Positions 36,461 through 45,578 of a stretch of DNA of 64,000 bases are shown here, piece after piece. Under the pieces are notes generated by a model that saw nothing but the letters and a program-made list of their open reading frames with translations, was not told where the DNA came from and ran no database searches. This DNA is from a bacterium. Lineage in GTDB: Bacteria; Ratteibacteria; UBA8468; B48-G9; DTJG01. The number at the start of each line of letters is the position of its first letter. The first letter of the stretch is position 1. Where the stretch lies: NCBI GenBank assembly GCA_026418655.1, contig JAOAAW010000063.1, positions 9,835-73,834 on the forward strand, given 5' to 3'. A program made the position numbers and the translations under genes.

Positions 36461-37276
36461 TTAACCCAATTGTTTTACTGCTTCTTTCAGAAACACAATA
36501 TCTTCTTCAAACTTCTTTTCAGACGGCCTTTTATCAAGTGCTTCAAGAGAAAGAAAACCTTCAAATTTTGCATTTTTTAGTGCCTTTATAATTGCTATCC
36601 AGTCAAGGTCTCCTTCTGAAATTGAACCAAACTCCATCTTATATTTCCTTCCGGATACAGCACCCTCTGTTTCTGTTATCTGTCTGCAGTTTTTCACATG
36701 AACATGTGCAAGATATTTGCCGAAAACACTTATTGAGTATTCAGGTCTGGTAAATCCTTCAACAGCAGAATTGCCGGGGTCAAAGATTATTCCGACATAC
36801 CTTTCAGACAGTCCATCAACAAGCTGCCTGCATGCATTAGGAGTGCAGCAGATATTGATATGGTGTTGTTCAATATTCAGTCTTACATCAAATTTTTCTG
36901 CTTCTGGAAGCACAACTTCTTCAAGCCATCTTCTCTGTCTTTGCATCAGTTCATCAAAACTGATGCCTCCGTCGAAATGATAGCTGTGACACCTGACATT
37001 TCTTGTTTTCAAGATGTTTGCGGCTTCAAAAATTTTAGCCATATAATCTTTAGGTTCATTGAATTTAAAGTATGGAGCAAGCCCCGCGCAGACAATACCC
37101 GAACCTTCCATCATTTTAGCTACTTCAGTGGCTGATTTTTTCAGGTCTTTCAGGTCAATGTGTGCGTTTTCTCTGCACCACCATTCAATACCATCGCAAC
37201 GATATTTTTTCGCAAGTTCAATCACTTCAGAAACCTTTTTATCAGACGCTGACAGAGAATAGACTGAAATTTTCAT
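36461..37276 (-). CDS. sugar phosphate isomerase/epimerase (xylose-isomerase-like TIM barrel)
   Basis: 271 aa. CDGIEWW...GIIFDPGNS with the conserved acidic and His pattern of the family. Confidence 0.7.
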   Translation of the reverse strand: MKISVYSLSASDKKVSEVIELAKKYRCDGIEWWCRENAHIDLKDLKKSATEVAKMMEGSGIVCAGLAPYFKFNEPKDYMAKIFEAANILKTRNVRCHSYHFDGGISFDELMQRQRRWLEEVVLPEAEKFDVRLNIEQHHINICCTPNACRQLVDGLSERYVGIIFDPGNSAVEGFTRPEYSISVFGKYLAHVHVKNCRQITETEGAVSGRKYKMEFGSISEGDLDWIAIIKALKNAKFEGFLSLEALDKRPSEKKFEEDIVFLKEAVKQLG

Positions 37277-37410
37277 TTTACCCCCTTATAGGTTTAATGT
37301 TCTATTATACAATTTTTTGTCATAAGATCCAGTTTTGCCCGAAGGCTCTTTGGTATGGTAGAATAATTCTAACCTTGAAGTTTTTATTCCTAAAAATCTG
37401 AAGAGAATTT

Positions 37411-38049
37411 ATGATAAAAGCTATCATTTTTGACCTGGATGGAGTCATTTTTGACTCAGAAATACTGCACCAGCAAGCATGGAAAAAGGTTTTTGAAAGG
37501 TATGGAATACACCTTACTAAGAATGACTATCTGAAAGGAATCGGAATCTCTGACCTGGACTTTCTGAAGCATCTTGTTTCAGAGAAAAAAATACCTGAAG
37601 ATATTGAAGTTTTCATAAAAGAGAAAAGGAAAACCCTGCTTGAAATATCCAGCCAGGCAAAGCCAATTGATGGAGTATGCTTGTTTATCGGTGAGTTATC
37701 TTCTGAATATAAACTTGCCGTGGCTTCAAATTCTGACAGGGAGTTTGTGCTTAAACTTATTGAAAAAGAAGGCCTATCAAAGTGTTTTTCTGTGATCTTG
37801 GGATTTCAGGACATTTCAAAACCAAAGCCGGATCCTGAAATTTATATAAAATGTGCTGATAAACTTGGTGTTTTACCTGATGAATGCGTAGTATTTGAGG
37901 ATTCTCCAACTGGCATTAAAGCAGCAAAAAATGCAGGAATGAAATGTATTGCCTTAGCAACAACCCTTGACGAAAACGCACTATCAGAAGCAGACTTCAT
38001 TATAAAGAAAATGGAATTTGATAAGGTGAAAAAATTTCTCGGATTTTAA
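37411..38049 (+). CDS. HAD-superfamily hydrolase (beta-phosphoglucomutase-like subfamily IA)
   Basis: AIIFDLDGVIFDSE motif I. KPDPEIY and FEDSPTGIKAAKNAGM motifs. Confidence 0.8.
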   Translation: MIKAIIFDLDGVIFDSEILHQQAWKKVFERYGIHLTKNDYLKGIGISDLDFLKHLVSEKKIPEDIEVFIKEKRKTLLEISSQAKPIDGVCLFIGELSSEYKLAVASNSDREFVLKLIEKEGLSKCFSVILGFQDISKPKPDPEIYIKCADKLGVLPDECVVFEDSPTGIKAAKNAGMKCIALATTLDENALSEADFIIKKMEFDKVKKFLGF

Positions 38050-38050
38050 G

Positions 38051-38662
38051 ATGACAGAAGAATTATATCTCGTCATTCTTAATGCTATTGGACTCATTGC
38101 GTTTTCATTTTCAGGTGCAATAAAGGCTAGAATTCATGGACTTGACCTGTTTGGCATCATACTGCTGGGGTTTTCAACAGCGCTTGGTGGTGGTGCTATA
38201 AGAGATGTAATGGTACAAAGGATTCCCTTAATGCTGACAGACGTAAGTTATACAATCTTTTGTATCATCGGTATTTTTGCAGGAATTATACTGAAAAGAA
38301 ACATAGACAAAGCCATTTATACAAGATTCTTTCTTGTTTCTGACGGAATAGGCCTTGCCTCATTCACAGCAACGGGTTGTATTGTTGCAAATCAGACAGG
38401 TCTCGGAGCAATAGGTATTGTGGTACTCGGCATGAGTACTGCCATTGGTGGCGGTATTCTCAGGGATGTTCTTGTCAATGAAATACCAATGGTTTTGAGC
38501 AAAGAAATTTACGCCACATGTTCTTTTGCTGGATGCATTGTTTTCTGGTTGTTATCCTATAAATCAGGTATTCATGTCGCAGCTTATATTTCTGTGGCCG
38601 TTGTTTTCATTTTTCGTATGCTTTCCATCAGATTTGGATGGAACCTGCCAAAATTTTCTTAA
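38051..38662 (+). CDS. UPF0126/TRIC-type trimeric intracellular cation channel family membrane protein
   Basis: Two repeats, each with the GGGAIRDV / GGGILRDVL glycine motif, in a 7-TM-like hydrophobic protein. Confidence 0.7.
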   Translation: MTEELYLVILNAIGLIAFSFSGAIKARIHGLDLFGIILLGFSTALGGGAIRDVMVQRIPLMLTDVSYTIFCIIGIFAGIILKRNIDKAIYTRFFLVSDGIGLASFTATGCIVANQTGLGAIGIVVLGMSTAIGGGILRDVLVNEIPMVLSKEIYATCSFAGCIVFWLLSYKSGIHVAAYISVAVVFIFRMLSIRFGWNLPKFS

Positions 38663-38708
38663 AAACACCTGCTGGAGTAAAATAATAATACCCTTTTAAG
38701 GAGAAACA

Positions 38709-39917
38709 ATGAAGGAATTGGAAAGACAGCTTGAAATTATAAAGAGAAATACTGTTGAAGTAATTGAAGAATCTGAACTTAGGAAAAAGCTTGAAAGAAG
38801 CATTTCAACAGGAAAGCCACTAAGGGTTAAGTACGGTATTGACCCGACAAGTCCTGAAATACATTTAGGACATATGGTATTGATAAGAAAACTCCGGCAT
38901 TTTCAACTACTCGGACACAAGGTGTTCTTTCTCATAGGAGATTTTACTGCAAGGATTGGGGACCCTACAGGAAGAAATGAAACAAGACCGATTCTATCAA
39001 GGGAAGAAATTAAAAAAAATCTTAATACTTATGTAGAACAGGTGAGTAAGGTTCTTGACGTTGATAAGGCGGAATTTGTCTATAATGGAAACTGGTTAAG
39101 CATTCTGTCAATCGAGGAATTTATTAAAATTGCTTCCTGTTTTACAATTGCTCAGATACTTGAAAGAGACGATTTTTCTGCCAGATATAAATCAGGTAAG
39201 GCAATTTATTTCCATGAATTCATGTACCCATTGTTTCAGGGATATGATTCTGTCGTTCTTGAATCAGATATTGAAATTGGAGCAACAGAGCAGAAGTTTA
39301 ATCTTCTCGCCGGAAGAACATTACAAGAATTTTTTGGACAGGAAAAACAGGTTGTCATTACAATGCCAATACTTGTTGGGACCGATGGAAAAATGAAGAT
39401 GAGCAAAAGTTACAAAAATCACATTCCTGTTTCCACAACACCAGAGGATATGTTTGGCAAGATTATGTCCATACAGGACACTCTGATGGAATCATACACA
39501 AAACTTCTCACTGATATTGATATTGAAAAATTCAAAATCCAGATTGAAAAAAATCCCAGGCAGGCAAAAGCGATTCTTGCAAAAGAAATAGTAGGACAGT
39601 TTTTTTCAAGTCAGGATGCAGAAAAGGCTGAAATGTCTTTTAATAGAATATTTAAGGAAAAACAAATTCCAGAAGACATCCCTGTAATTGAAATCCCTTT
39701 TTCAAAAATAGGGCAAAAAAAGGTAAATATCGTTGATTTATTGTTTCTGGCAGGTTTTGTACCATCAAAATCTGAGGCAAAAAGGTTGATACAGCAAAAT
39801 GCTGTCAGAGTTGATGGAAAAACAATAACAGATATCAATACAGAAATAGAAGCAGAAGGAAAGGTTTTTAAGGTCGGTAAAAGAAAATTTGCAAAGATAA
39901 AAATTGTGCAACTTTAA
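38709..39917 (+). CDS. tyrS: tyrosine--tRNA ligase
   Basis: HIGH-type motif (HLGHM), KMSKS and a C-terminal S4 domain. Good SD (AAGGAGAAA) upstream. Confidence 0.9.
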   Translation: MKELERQLEIIKRNTVEVIEESELRKKLERSISTGKPLRVKYGIDPTSPEIHLGHMVLIRKLRHFQLLGHKVFFLIGDFTARIGDPTGRNETRPILSREEIKKNLNTYVEQVSKVLDVDKAEFVYNGNWLSILSIEEFIKIASCFTIAQILERDDFSARYKSGKAIYFHEFMYPLFQGYDSVVLESDIEIGATEQKFNLLAGRTLQEFFGQEKQVVITMPILVGTDGKMKMSKSYKNHIPVSTTPEDMFGKIMSIQDTLMESYTKLLTDIDIEKFKIQIEKNPRQAKAILAKEIVGQFFSSQDAEKAEMSFNRIFKEKQIPEDIPVIEIPFSKIGQKKVNIVDLLFLAGFVPSKSEAKRLIQQNAVRVDGKTITDINTEIEAEGKVFKVGKRKFAKIKIVQL

Positions 39918-39996
39918 TAAAGTGCGTCACGGGTTTGCTTTTAGAAGGGAAGGGACAGATGGTTTTTTGTCTTCAATTTTCAAATAGGAGCAACTG

Positions 39997-40650
39997 ATGG
40001 AAAATATAAGAAAAGAACTTTGTAAATACGGCAAACTTGTACTTGAAAAAAATCTTGCTGCTGGGCCTGGTGGGAACATCAGTGCAAGAGAAAAAAATTT
40101 TGTTTATCTTTCACCAAGTGGCTTTGCACTGGATGAAATTAAAGAAAGCCAGTGGGTTAAAGTTGACTTAGAAACAGGCAAGCAATACGGCAGATTAAAA
40201 CCCACATGTGAAATATCAATGCACCTTGGTTGTTATATTGCAAGACCCGAAATAAGAGCGGTCATTCATACCCATCCACCTTATACCCTGGGGTTGATTT
40301 CAGCAGGAATAGGACTTAAACCATTTTATCCGGATTTTGTGGCAATACTTGGAAGGGAAATACCGATGGTTGAATATGTAATCCCCGCAGGAGAAGAAAT
40401 AAGAGAAGCTGTTGTTGAACAAATCAAGAAATATAATGTGGTACTTTTGAAAAACCATGGTGCGGTCTGTGTTGGAGAAACATTAAAAGAAGCCTTTGCT
40501 CGTGCCTGGCTTGTAGAGGAAACAGCAAAGATGCAGATGGCTGGAATGATTGCAGGAAAAATCAGATATTTTACAGAAAAAGAAATAGAAGGAATAGAAA
40601 ATTTAAAAGCAGAGGACTATAGAAAGGCACTTTTGAAAAAATTTAAATGA
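39997..40650 (+). CDS. class II aldolase/adducin-family protein (fuculose-phosphate aldolase / ribulose-5-phosphate 4-epimerase-like)
   Basis: PGGNISAR and HTHPPY zinc-site motifs. Confidence 0.8.
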   Translation: MENIRKELCKYGKLVLEKNLAAGPGGNISAREKNFVYLSPSGFALDEIKESQWVKVDLETGKQYGRLKPTCEISMHLGCYIARPEIRAVIHTHPPYTLGLISAGIGLKPFYPDFVAILGREIPMVEYVIPAGEEIREAVVEQIKKYNVVLLKNHGAVCVGETLKEAFARAWLVEETAKMQMAGMIAGKIRYFTEKEIEGIENLKAEDYRKALLKKFK

Positions 40651-41861
40651 ATGTAAGAGTTATTTCTCCATCAACAATAAAACAGGAATTTCAAAGGATA
40701 GATGTACATCCTGAAGGCATCCGCTTGATGGAACCCAAAACCCGCCTGTACTGCGTAAAGGTATCTGGAATTAATGTAAAGCAGGCAAATGTGCTTAAAC
40801 AGGAGGCTCTTGCCATTGGCGGAGATGCAGCGATTCCTTATTCTGTGCTGAACCTTGAAAACAAACAAGTGGATGTTATTCTTATGGCAACTATAAAACA
40901 ATATAAGAAACTGGCTGAAAAACTCAAGAAGCAATTTTTCAATCTTCAAGAGGTTGGTAAAAATATTATTAAAACCATTGAACATTTTGAAAATATTCCT
41001 TCCACAATTTCAACATCAAAAAAGACCATAAGAATCAATGATTTTATGATTATGGGCATTCTTAATATTACCCCCGACTCTTTTTCCGACGGTGGCAAAT
41101 ACTATGGCGATGTCTCTCTGGCTGTTGATAGAGCGGTTGAAATGGAACAGCAGGGTGCTTCAATCATTGATATAGGTGGAGAATCAAGCAGACCGAAATC
41201 TCATGGCATTGATGAAAATGAAGAAATAAAAAGGGTTATACCTGTTATAAAGGCTGTAAGAAAAAAGATAAGGTGTTTGATTTCATGTGATACTTCAAGG
41301 GCTCGTGTGGCTGAAATGGCACTTGAAGAGGGTGCGGATATTATCAATGATGTGTATGCACTGAGACGGGATAAGAAATTGTGCAGAATTGTTGCTGAAA
41401 AAAAATGTACACTTGTGTTGATGCATATGAAAGGAACACCGGATACAATGCAGGAAAATCCGTATTATGAAGATGTTGTTGGAGAAATATGCGAATTTTT
41501 TAGAGAAAGAATTGATTTTGCAATGGAAAATGGTATAGAAAAACAAAAAATAATCCTTGATCCTGGCATTGGCTTCGGGAAAAGACTCATTGATAACCTG
41601 GAAATTATCCATAGACTGAGAGAATTTACCTGTTTTGGACTTCCGTTGTTACTCGGTACATCAAGGAAATCTTTTATAGGAAAACTGTCTAATGATATTC
41701 CTCCAGAGCAGCGGCTACCAGGAACCATTGCCAGTTGTGTTTTTGGATATCTTGCAGGAGCAAGAATATTCAGGGTTCATGATGTGAAAGAGGTTGTACA
41801 GGCACTCAGAGTTGTTTCAGGAATAGAAAATTATGGAAAAAACAAGAATTCTGGGACTTGA
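40647..41861 (+). CDS. folP: dihydropteroate synthase with ~125-aa N-terminal extension
   Basis: GILNITPDSFSDGG, DIGGESSRP and the rest of the pterin-binding barrel occupy the C-terminal ~280 aa. The N-terminal ~125 aa is an extra domain. ATGA overlap with the upstream gene. Confidence 0.85.
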   Translation: MNVRVISPSTIKQEFQRIDVHPEGIRLMEPKTRLYCVKVSGINVKQANVLKQEALAIGGDAAIPYSVLNLENKQVDVILMATIKQYKKLAEKLKKQFFNLQEVGKNIIKTIEHFENIPSTISTSKKTIRINDFMIMGILNITPDSFSDGGKYYGDVSLAVDRAVEMEQQGASIIDIGGESSRPKSHGIDENEEIKRVIPVIKAVRKKIRCLISCDTSRARVAEMALEEGADIINDVYALRRDKKLCRIVAEKKCTLVLMHMKGTPDTMQENPYYEDVVGEICEFFRERIDFAMENGIEKQKIILDPGIGFGKRLIDNLEIIHRLREFTCFGLPLLLGTSRKSFIGKLSNDIPPEQRLPGTIASCVFGYLAGARIFRVHDVKEVVQALRVVSGIENYGKNKNSGT

Positions 41862-42270
41862 CCTCGGTGAAAAAAAGATTGGTGTCGCGATAAGCGATGA
41901 ATTCAGAACCATAGCAAGAGGCCTTGGAACAATAGAAGTTGATGGAAGAGAACATGAAAAAATAAAAGAAATTGTCAGTAAGTATAATGTTGGGAAAATT
42001 GTCTATGGAGTTCCATTGAGAAATGACGGTTCTATTAGCAGCAGGGCTGAAAAGATGCTCTCAATTATAACAAGATTAAAAGGAATTGTTAAAGCTGAAT
42101 TTATTCCCTGGGATGAAAGAATGACAACCATTGAAGCTGAAAATATTTTGTTAATGGCTGACTTGAGCCGAAAAAAAAGGAAAATGGTAAGAGATAAACT
42201 TGCCGCACAGATTATTCTTCAAAGCTACCTTGATTCCTTATATCTAAAAAATTCATCTATAGAGGAATGA
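41833..42270 (+). CDS. ruvX: Holliday-junction resolvase-like YqgF/RuvX
   Basis: ILGLDLGEKKIGVAISD start and typical length. Confidence 0.85.
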   Translation: MEKTRILGLDLGEKKIGVAISDEFRTIARGLGTIEVDGREHEKIKEIVSKYNVGKIVYGVPLRNDGSISSRAEKMLSIITRLKGIVKAEFIPWDERMTTIEAENILLMADLSRKKRKMVRDKLAAQIILQSYLDSLYLKNSSIEE

Positions 42271-43460
42271 TTCTAAAAACATTACAACATTGTACCAGCA
42301 TAATGTCTAAATGGCTAAACGGTTTTTCTTTTCTGCAAAATGTAAGCCGGTTCAAAGAAAAAATAACATATGTTGACACTGAAAAAACACTTAAACATAT
42401 CGTCGAACGTTTGAAGAATGAAAAAGAAATTGCTGTAGACACTGAAGGCAATTCCCTCTATTGTTATCAATCCAAAATATGCCTGATTCAGGTTTCCAGC
42501 AGAGAAAAACACTACATTATAGACACACTTCGGATAAAAAATATCTCTATCTTAAAAGACCTCTTTTCAAACCCGAATGTTGAAAAGATCATGCATGGTT
42601 CGGCTTATGATATTCAGATGCTTTACCAATGCGCAGGTATTCAAATTAAAAATCTTTTTGATACCCAGATCGCCGCCAGTTTTCTTGGAGAAAAAAAACC
42701 AGGGCTTGCCAGCATAATCAAAAAATATTTTGGCGTGCATCTGAGTAAAACCCACCAGAAAAGCAACTGGGCAATACGACCACTACCAGATGAAATGATT
42801 GAGTATGCCATTTCAGATACAATGTATTTACTTTTCCTTGCTGACAGACTTAAAAAACAGCTTAAGGAAAACCACAGAATTGAATGGGTAAGAGAAGAAT
42901 GTGAATACCTTTCCAGATATGGAATTAACATTAAAAAGAAAGAAAGACCATCTATTGGAATTGAGAATCCTTCTGGAGAAAAACTCAATGCCGCTGAATT
43001 GGTTCTACAATTCAGAGAAAAAGTAGCCAGACAGATGAACCTGCCACCTTTCAGGGTACTTGATAAAAAAACTATCCGAGAAATTGTGGTTAAGGAAAAT
43101 CTGGATATAAAAACATTAAAGTGGTTGACAGCAAAAACACCTCTGAAGCAGCATCATCTTGAAGAGTTACTTGAAATAATACAAAAAGCAGGAGAAAAAA
43201 TTGTGAAAAGACAGGAAAAACAGACATCCAAAAAATACCACACCAAAGATTTCAAAGAAAAAATTGATAAACTTTATACATGGAGAAGCACAAGGGCGCA
43301 ACAATTGGGGTTGGAGCCATACCTTGTTTTGTCTCAAAAACAGATTCTTTCGCTTGCTGAAGTAAAAATAGAAACACACAATGACATTGCAGGTATTGAT
43401 GAGCTCAAAAACTGGCAGAAGAAAACTTTTGGAAAAGAGTTAACTGAACTCTTAAAATAA
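42267..43460 (+). CDS. rnd: ribonuclease D (DEDD 3'-5' exonuclease plus HRDC)
   Basis: IAVDTEGNSLY (Exo I), HGSAYDIQ (Exo II) and YAISDTMYL (Exo III), followed by an HRDC-like C-terminus. Confidence 0.8.
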   Translation: MILKTLQHCTSIMSKWLNGFSFLQNVSRFKEKITYVDTEKTLKHIVERLKNEKEIAVDTEGNSLYCYQSKICLIQVSSREKHYIIDTLRIKNISILKDLFSNPNVEKIMHGSAYDIQMLYQCAGIQIKNLFDTQIAASFLGEKKPGLASIIKKYFGVHLSKTHQKSNWAIRPLPDEMIEYAISDTMYLLFLADRLKKQLKENHRIEWVREECEYLSRYGINIKKKERPSIGIENPSGEKLNAAELVLQFREKVARQMNLPPFRVLDKKTIREIVVKENLDIKTLKWLTAKTPLKQHHLEELLEIIQKAGEKIVKRQEKQTSKKYHTKDFKEKIDKLYTWRSTRAQQLGLEPYLVLSQKQILSLAEVKIETHNDIAGIDELKNWQKKTFGKELTELLK

Positions 43461-43477
43461 ATTTAGCACCTGATAGA

Positions 43478-45445
43478 TTACTCAATAGCAATCGCAACAA
43501 AAGAAAGCTGTGGCAGGTCTTTAATTTTTACTTTATTTCCCTTTATTTCAACTGCTTCAGACACAGTGCCCTTGATATTCAAAACCTTCATCTTTGAATT
43601 TTTAGGGACATCAAGATTTTTTATGTTAACCAGGACATCTCCTGACTTTTTCTCCCTGTCTGCCAGATTTGTAATCAACAATAGGCATTTTCCCTGATCT
43701 GATTGCCATAAGCTTGGAAACAACCAGAATTCTTTACACAATACAGCATCTGTGGGGGTATAAGCTGGATTGTGGAGCTTTACAATATTGCCGGGTAAGC
43801 TCAACATTGCATCCCATAATGGTCTTATGTAAGCGACAGCATCCTTGAAATCAACACCTGGCTCCAGCACTGGATGGCCTGTCATACCAAAAGCACTGCA
43901 TAGCGCGGCTGCCTTCTTCCCTGAAAATTCAGCTCTGTCTTTCAAATTTCCACTTATAAGATGTGCACCTGAACAATCAAAACAGGCAAAATATGCTGTG
44001 CTTTCTGGAACAGTCAATAGTTCGTCATGCCTTATTGATAGTTCACCGCACAGTGCAACATCAATACAGCTCTGGGTTAAAGCAAATGGAAATCCAGTAT
44101 GACCGATGATTGCACCATATTTGCCAACTCTTTTTCTCATTGCTTTCATATACATAAAATATGCATATGTTGACCAGTGAAGCAGACTTGTTTTTGTAAA
44201 ACCCATTGCATGTGGAGAATTCCAATCAGGATATAGTCCATCCCAGTCCTTCTTCATATAATCTTCAAACCATGTCTGATACATCTGATACTGTTCACAT
44301 CCCCTTATATAAGTGAGGACTCTCATTCCACGCTGGTGGCACCTATCCACAAAGGCTTTAAACCACTGCGGGTCTTTAACAACATAATCAGAAGGTGGTT
44401 CACAATTTGTTCCAGGGTTTCTCATCCAGAATTGATGGATAATCATTACATTTGCTCCCAAATCCGCCACTTCATCCACCCTTTTAATTTCTGGATTACC
44501 CTTAAATAATTGTGGCGGCTGGCAGGCAACCTGCTTTATAGGCATAACAACCCATGGCCAGTCTTTTCCAACCTGCGCATATGGGTACATGCAGTGTGAA
44601 ACCCTGCAGCCAAGAACATTGTTTCTAAAAGCAACATCTGTTCCTTTTTCATTCTCTGTTTTTGCGGCAAGGAAAATCATTCCCCACCTGTTTCGATATC
44701 TTGTTGACTGTGAAACTCTCATCTGCAGTCCCTGAAGGATGTACCATTGTAATGTCCATTTATTTTTCTGCTTTCCACCAAAGCTCATTGTGTATTGCCG
44801 TGGCGCATCATTGAAACCTATCCATTCATCAAGCACAAACTCAATCTTATTGCTGAAAAATTTTGTACTTTGCCATCCAAGGTCCACTGACGCAAGTGGC
44901 CAAAGTTCCCTCTGACAGGAAATTTCATTAATCTGCTTGTACAGGTCCATCCCATAGAAGACATGAGTTGTTGAATAATCCCTTTTATACCATGGGTCCC
45001 TTGTGAAATACCCCCATCTTGCCGATTTTGCACTCGAAACATCAAGAAAAATATTCATTGAAATCTCACTCAAGGTAAAACTGCCATTCTCTTTAGTATC
45101 AAATACCTGTTCACAAAACAGAGCACCTTCTGGATGAATTTCATATGTCTGAGTTATTTTTACCAATCCCTTTGCTATTGATGCTTCATTCTTGATTACT
45201 ATTCTGTCCTCATCAACTGACTCAACTGTCAGATTGGATTTTGTATCAGAAAGTTTATAACTTGCTCCGTCAATAACAAATTTCAAACCGCATATGGTAT
45301 CGTTTTCAGAAAGCAGTGCATGTCTTTCTTTTTCATTTTTGCAGGCAAAATCAACAATCTCACCACCCCTGTCTGCATCCCAGGTAATTTTCCCGGTACC
45401 GGTTTCAACCGTAATTTTTCTTCCCTTTCTGCTCAGTTTCAACAT
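43478..45445 (-). CDS. hypothetical protein (655 aa, Trp/Tyr-rich, no signal peptide)
   Basis: Long uninterrupted ORF with protein-like composition. No family recognisable by eye. Confidence 0.5.
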   Translation of the reverse strand: MLKLSRKGRKITVETGTGKITWDADRGGEIVDFACKNEKERHALLSENDTICGLKFVIDGASYKLSDTKSNLTVESVDEDRIVIKNEASIAKGLVKITQTYEIHPEGALFCEQVFDTKENGSFTLSEISMNIFLDVSSAKSARWGYFTRDPWYKRDYSTTHVFYGMDLYKQINEISCQRELWPLASVDLGWQSTKFFSNKIEFVLDEWIGFNDAPRQYTMSFGGKQKNKWTLQWYILQGLQMRVSQSTRYRNRWGMIFLAAKTENEKGTDVAFRNNVLGCRVSHCMYPYAQVGKDWPWVVMPIKQVACQPPQLFKGNPEIKRVDEVADLGANVMIIHQFWMRNPGTNCEPPSDYVVKDPQWFKAFVDRCHQRGMRVLTYIRGCEQYQMYQTWFEDYMKKDWDGLYPDWNSPHAMGFTKTSLLHWSTYAYFMYMKAMRKRVGKYGAIIGHTGFPFALTQSCIDVALCGELSIRHDELLTVPESTAYFACFDCSGAHLISGNLKDRAEFSGKKAAALCSAFGMTGHPVLEPGVDFKDAVAYIRPLWDAMLSLPGNIVKLHNPAYTPTDAVLCKEFWLFPSLWQSDQGKCLLLITNLADREKKSGDVLVNIKNLDVPKNSKMKVLNIKGTVSEAVEIKGNKVKIKDLPQLSFVAIAIE

Positions 45446-45578
45446 GTTGCGCTCCTTTTTTTATAGTTTTTCAAATTTTGATGATACAATATAACTGTTC
45501 GCTTGTCCAGTTAACCTGTTGCTAAAATATGACAAATACCCGAATGAGAATTTTTTCATTCTGCAGTATAATTGAAAA

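Noticed and set aside
39918-39996. Possible terminator after tyrS
   Set aside because: No clean GC-rich inverted repeat. Only a T-run without a stable stem.
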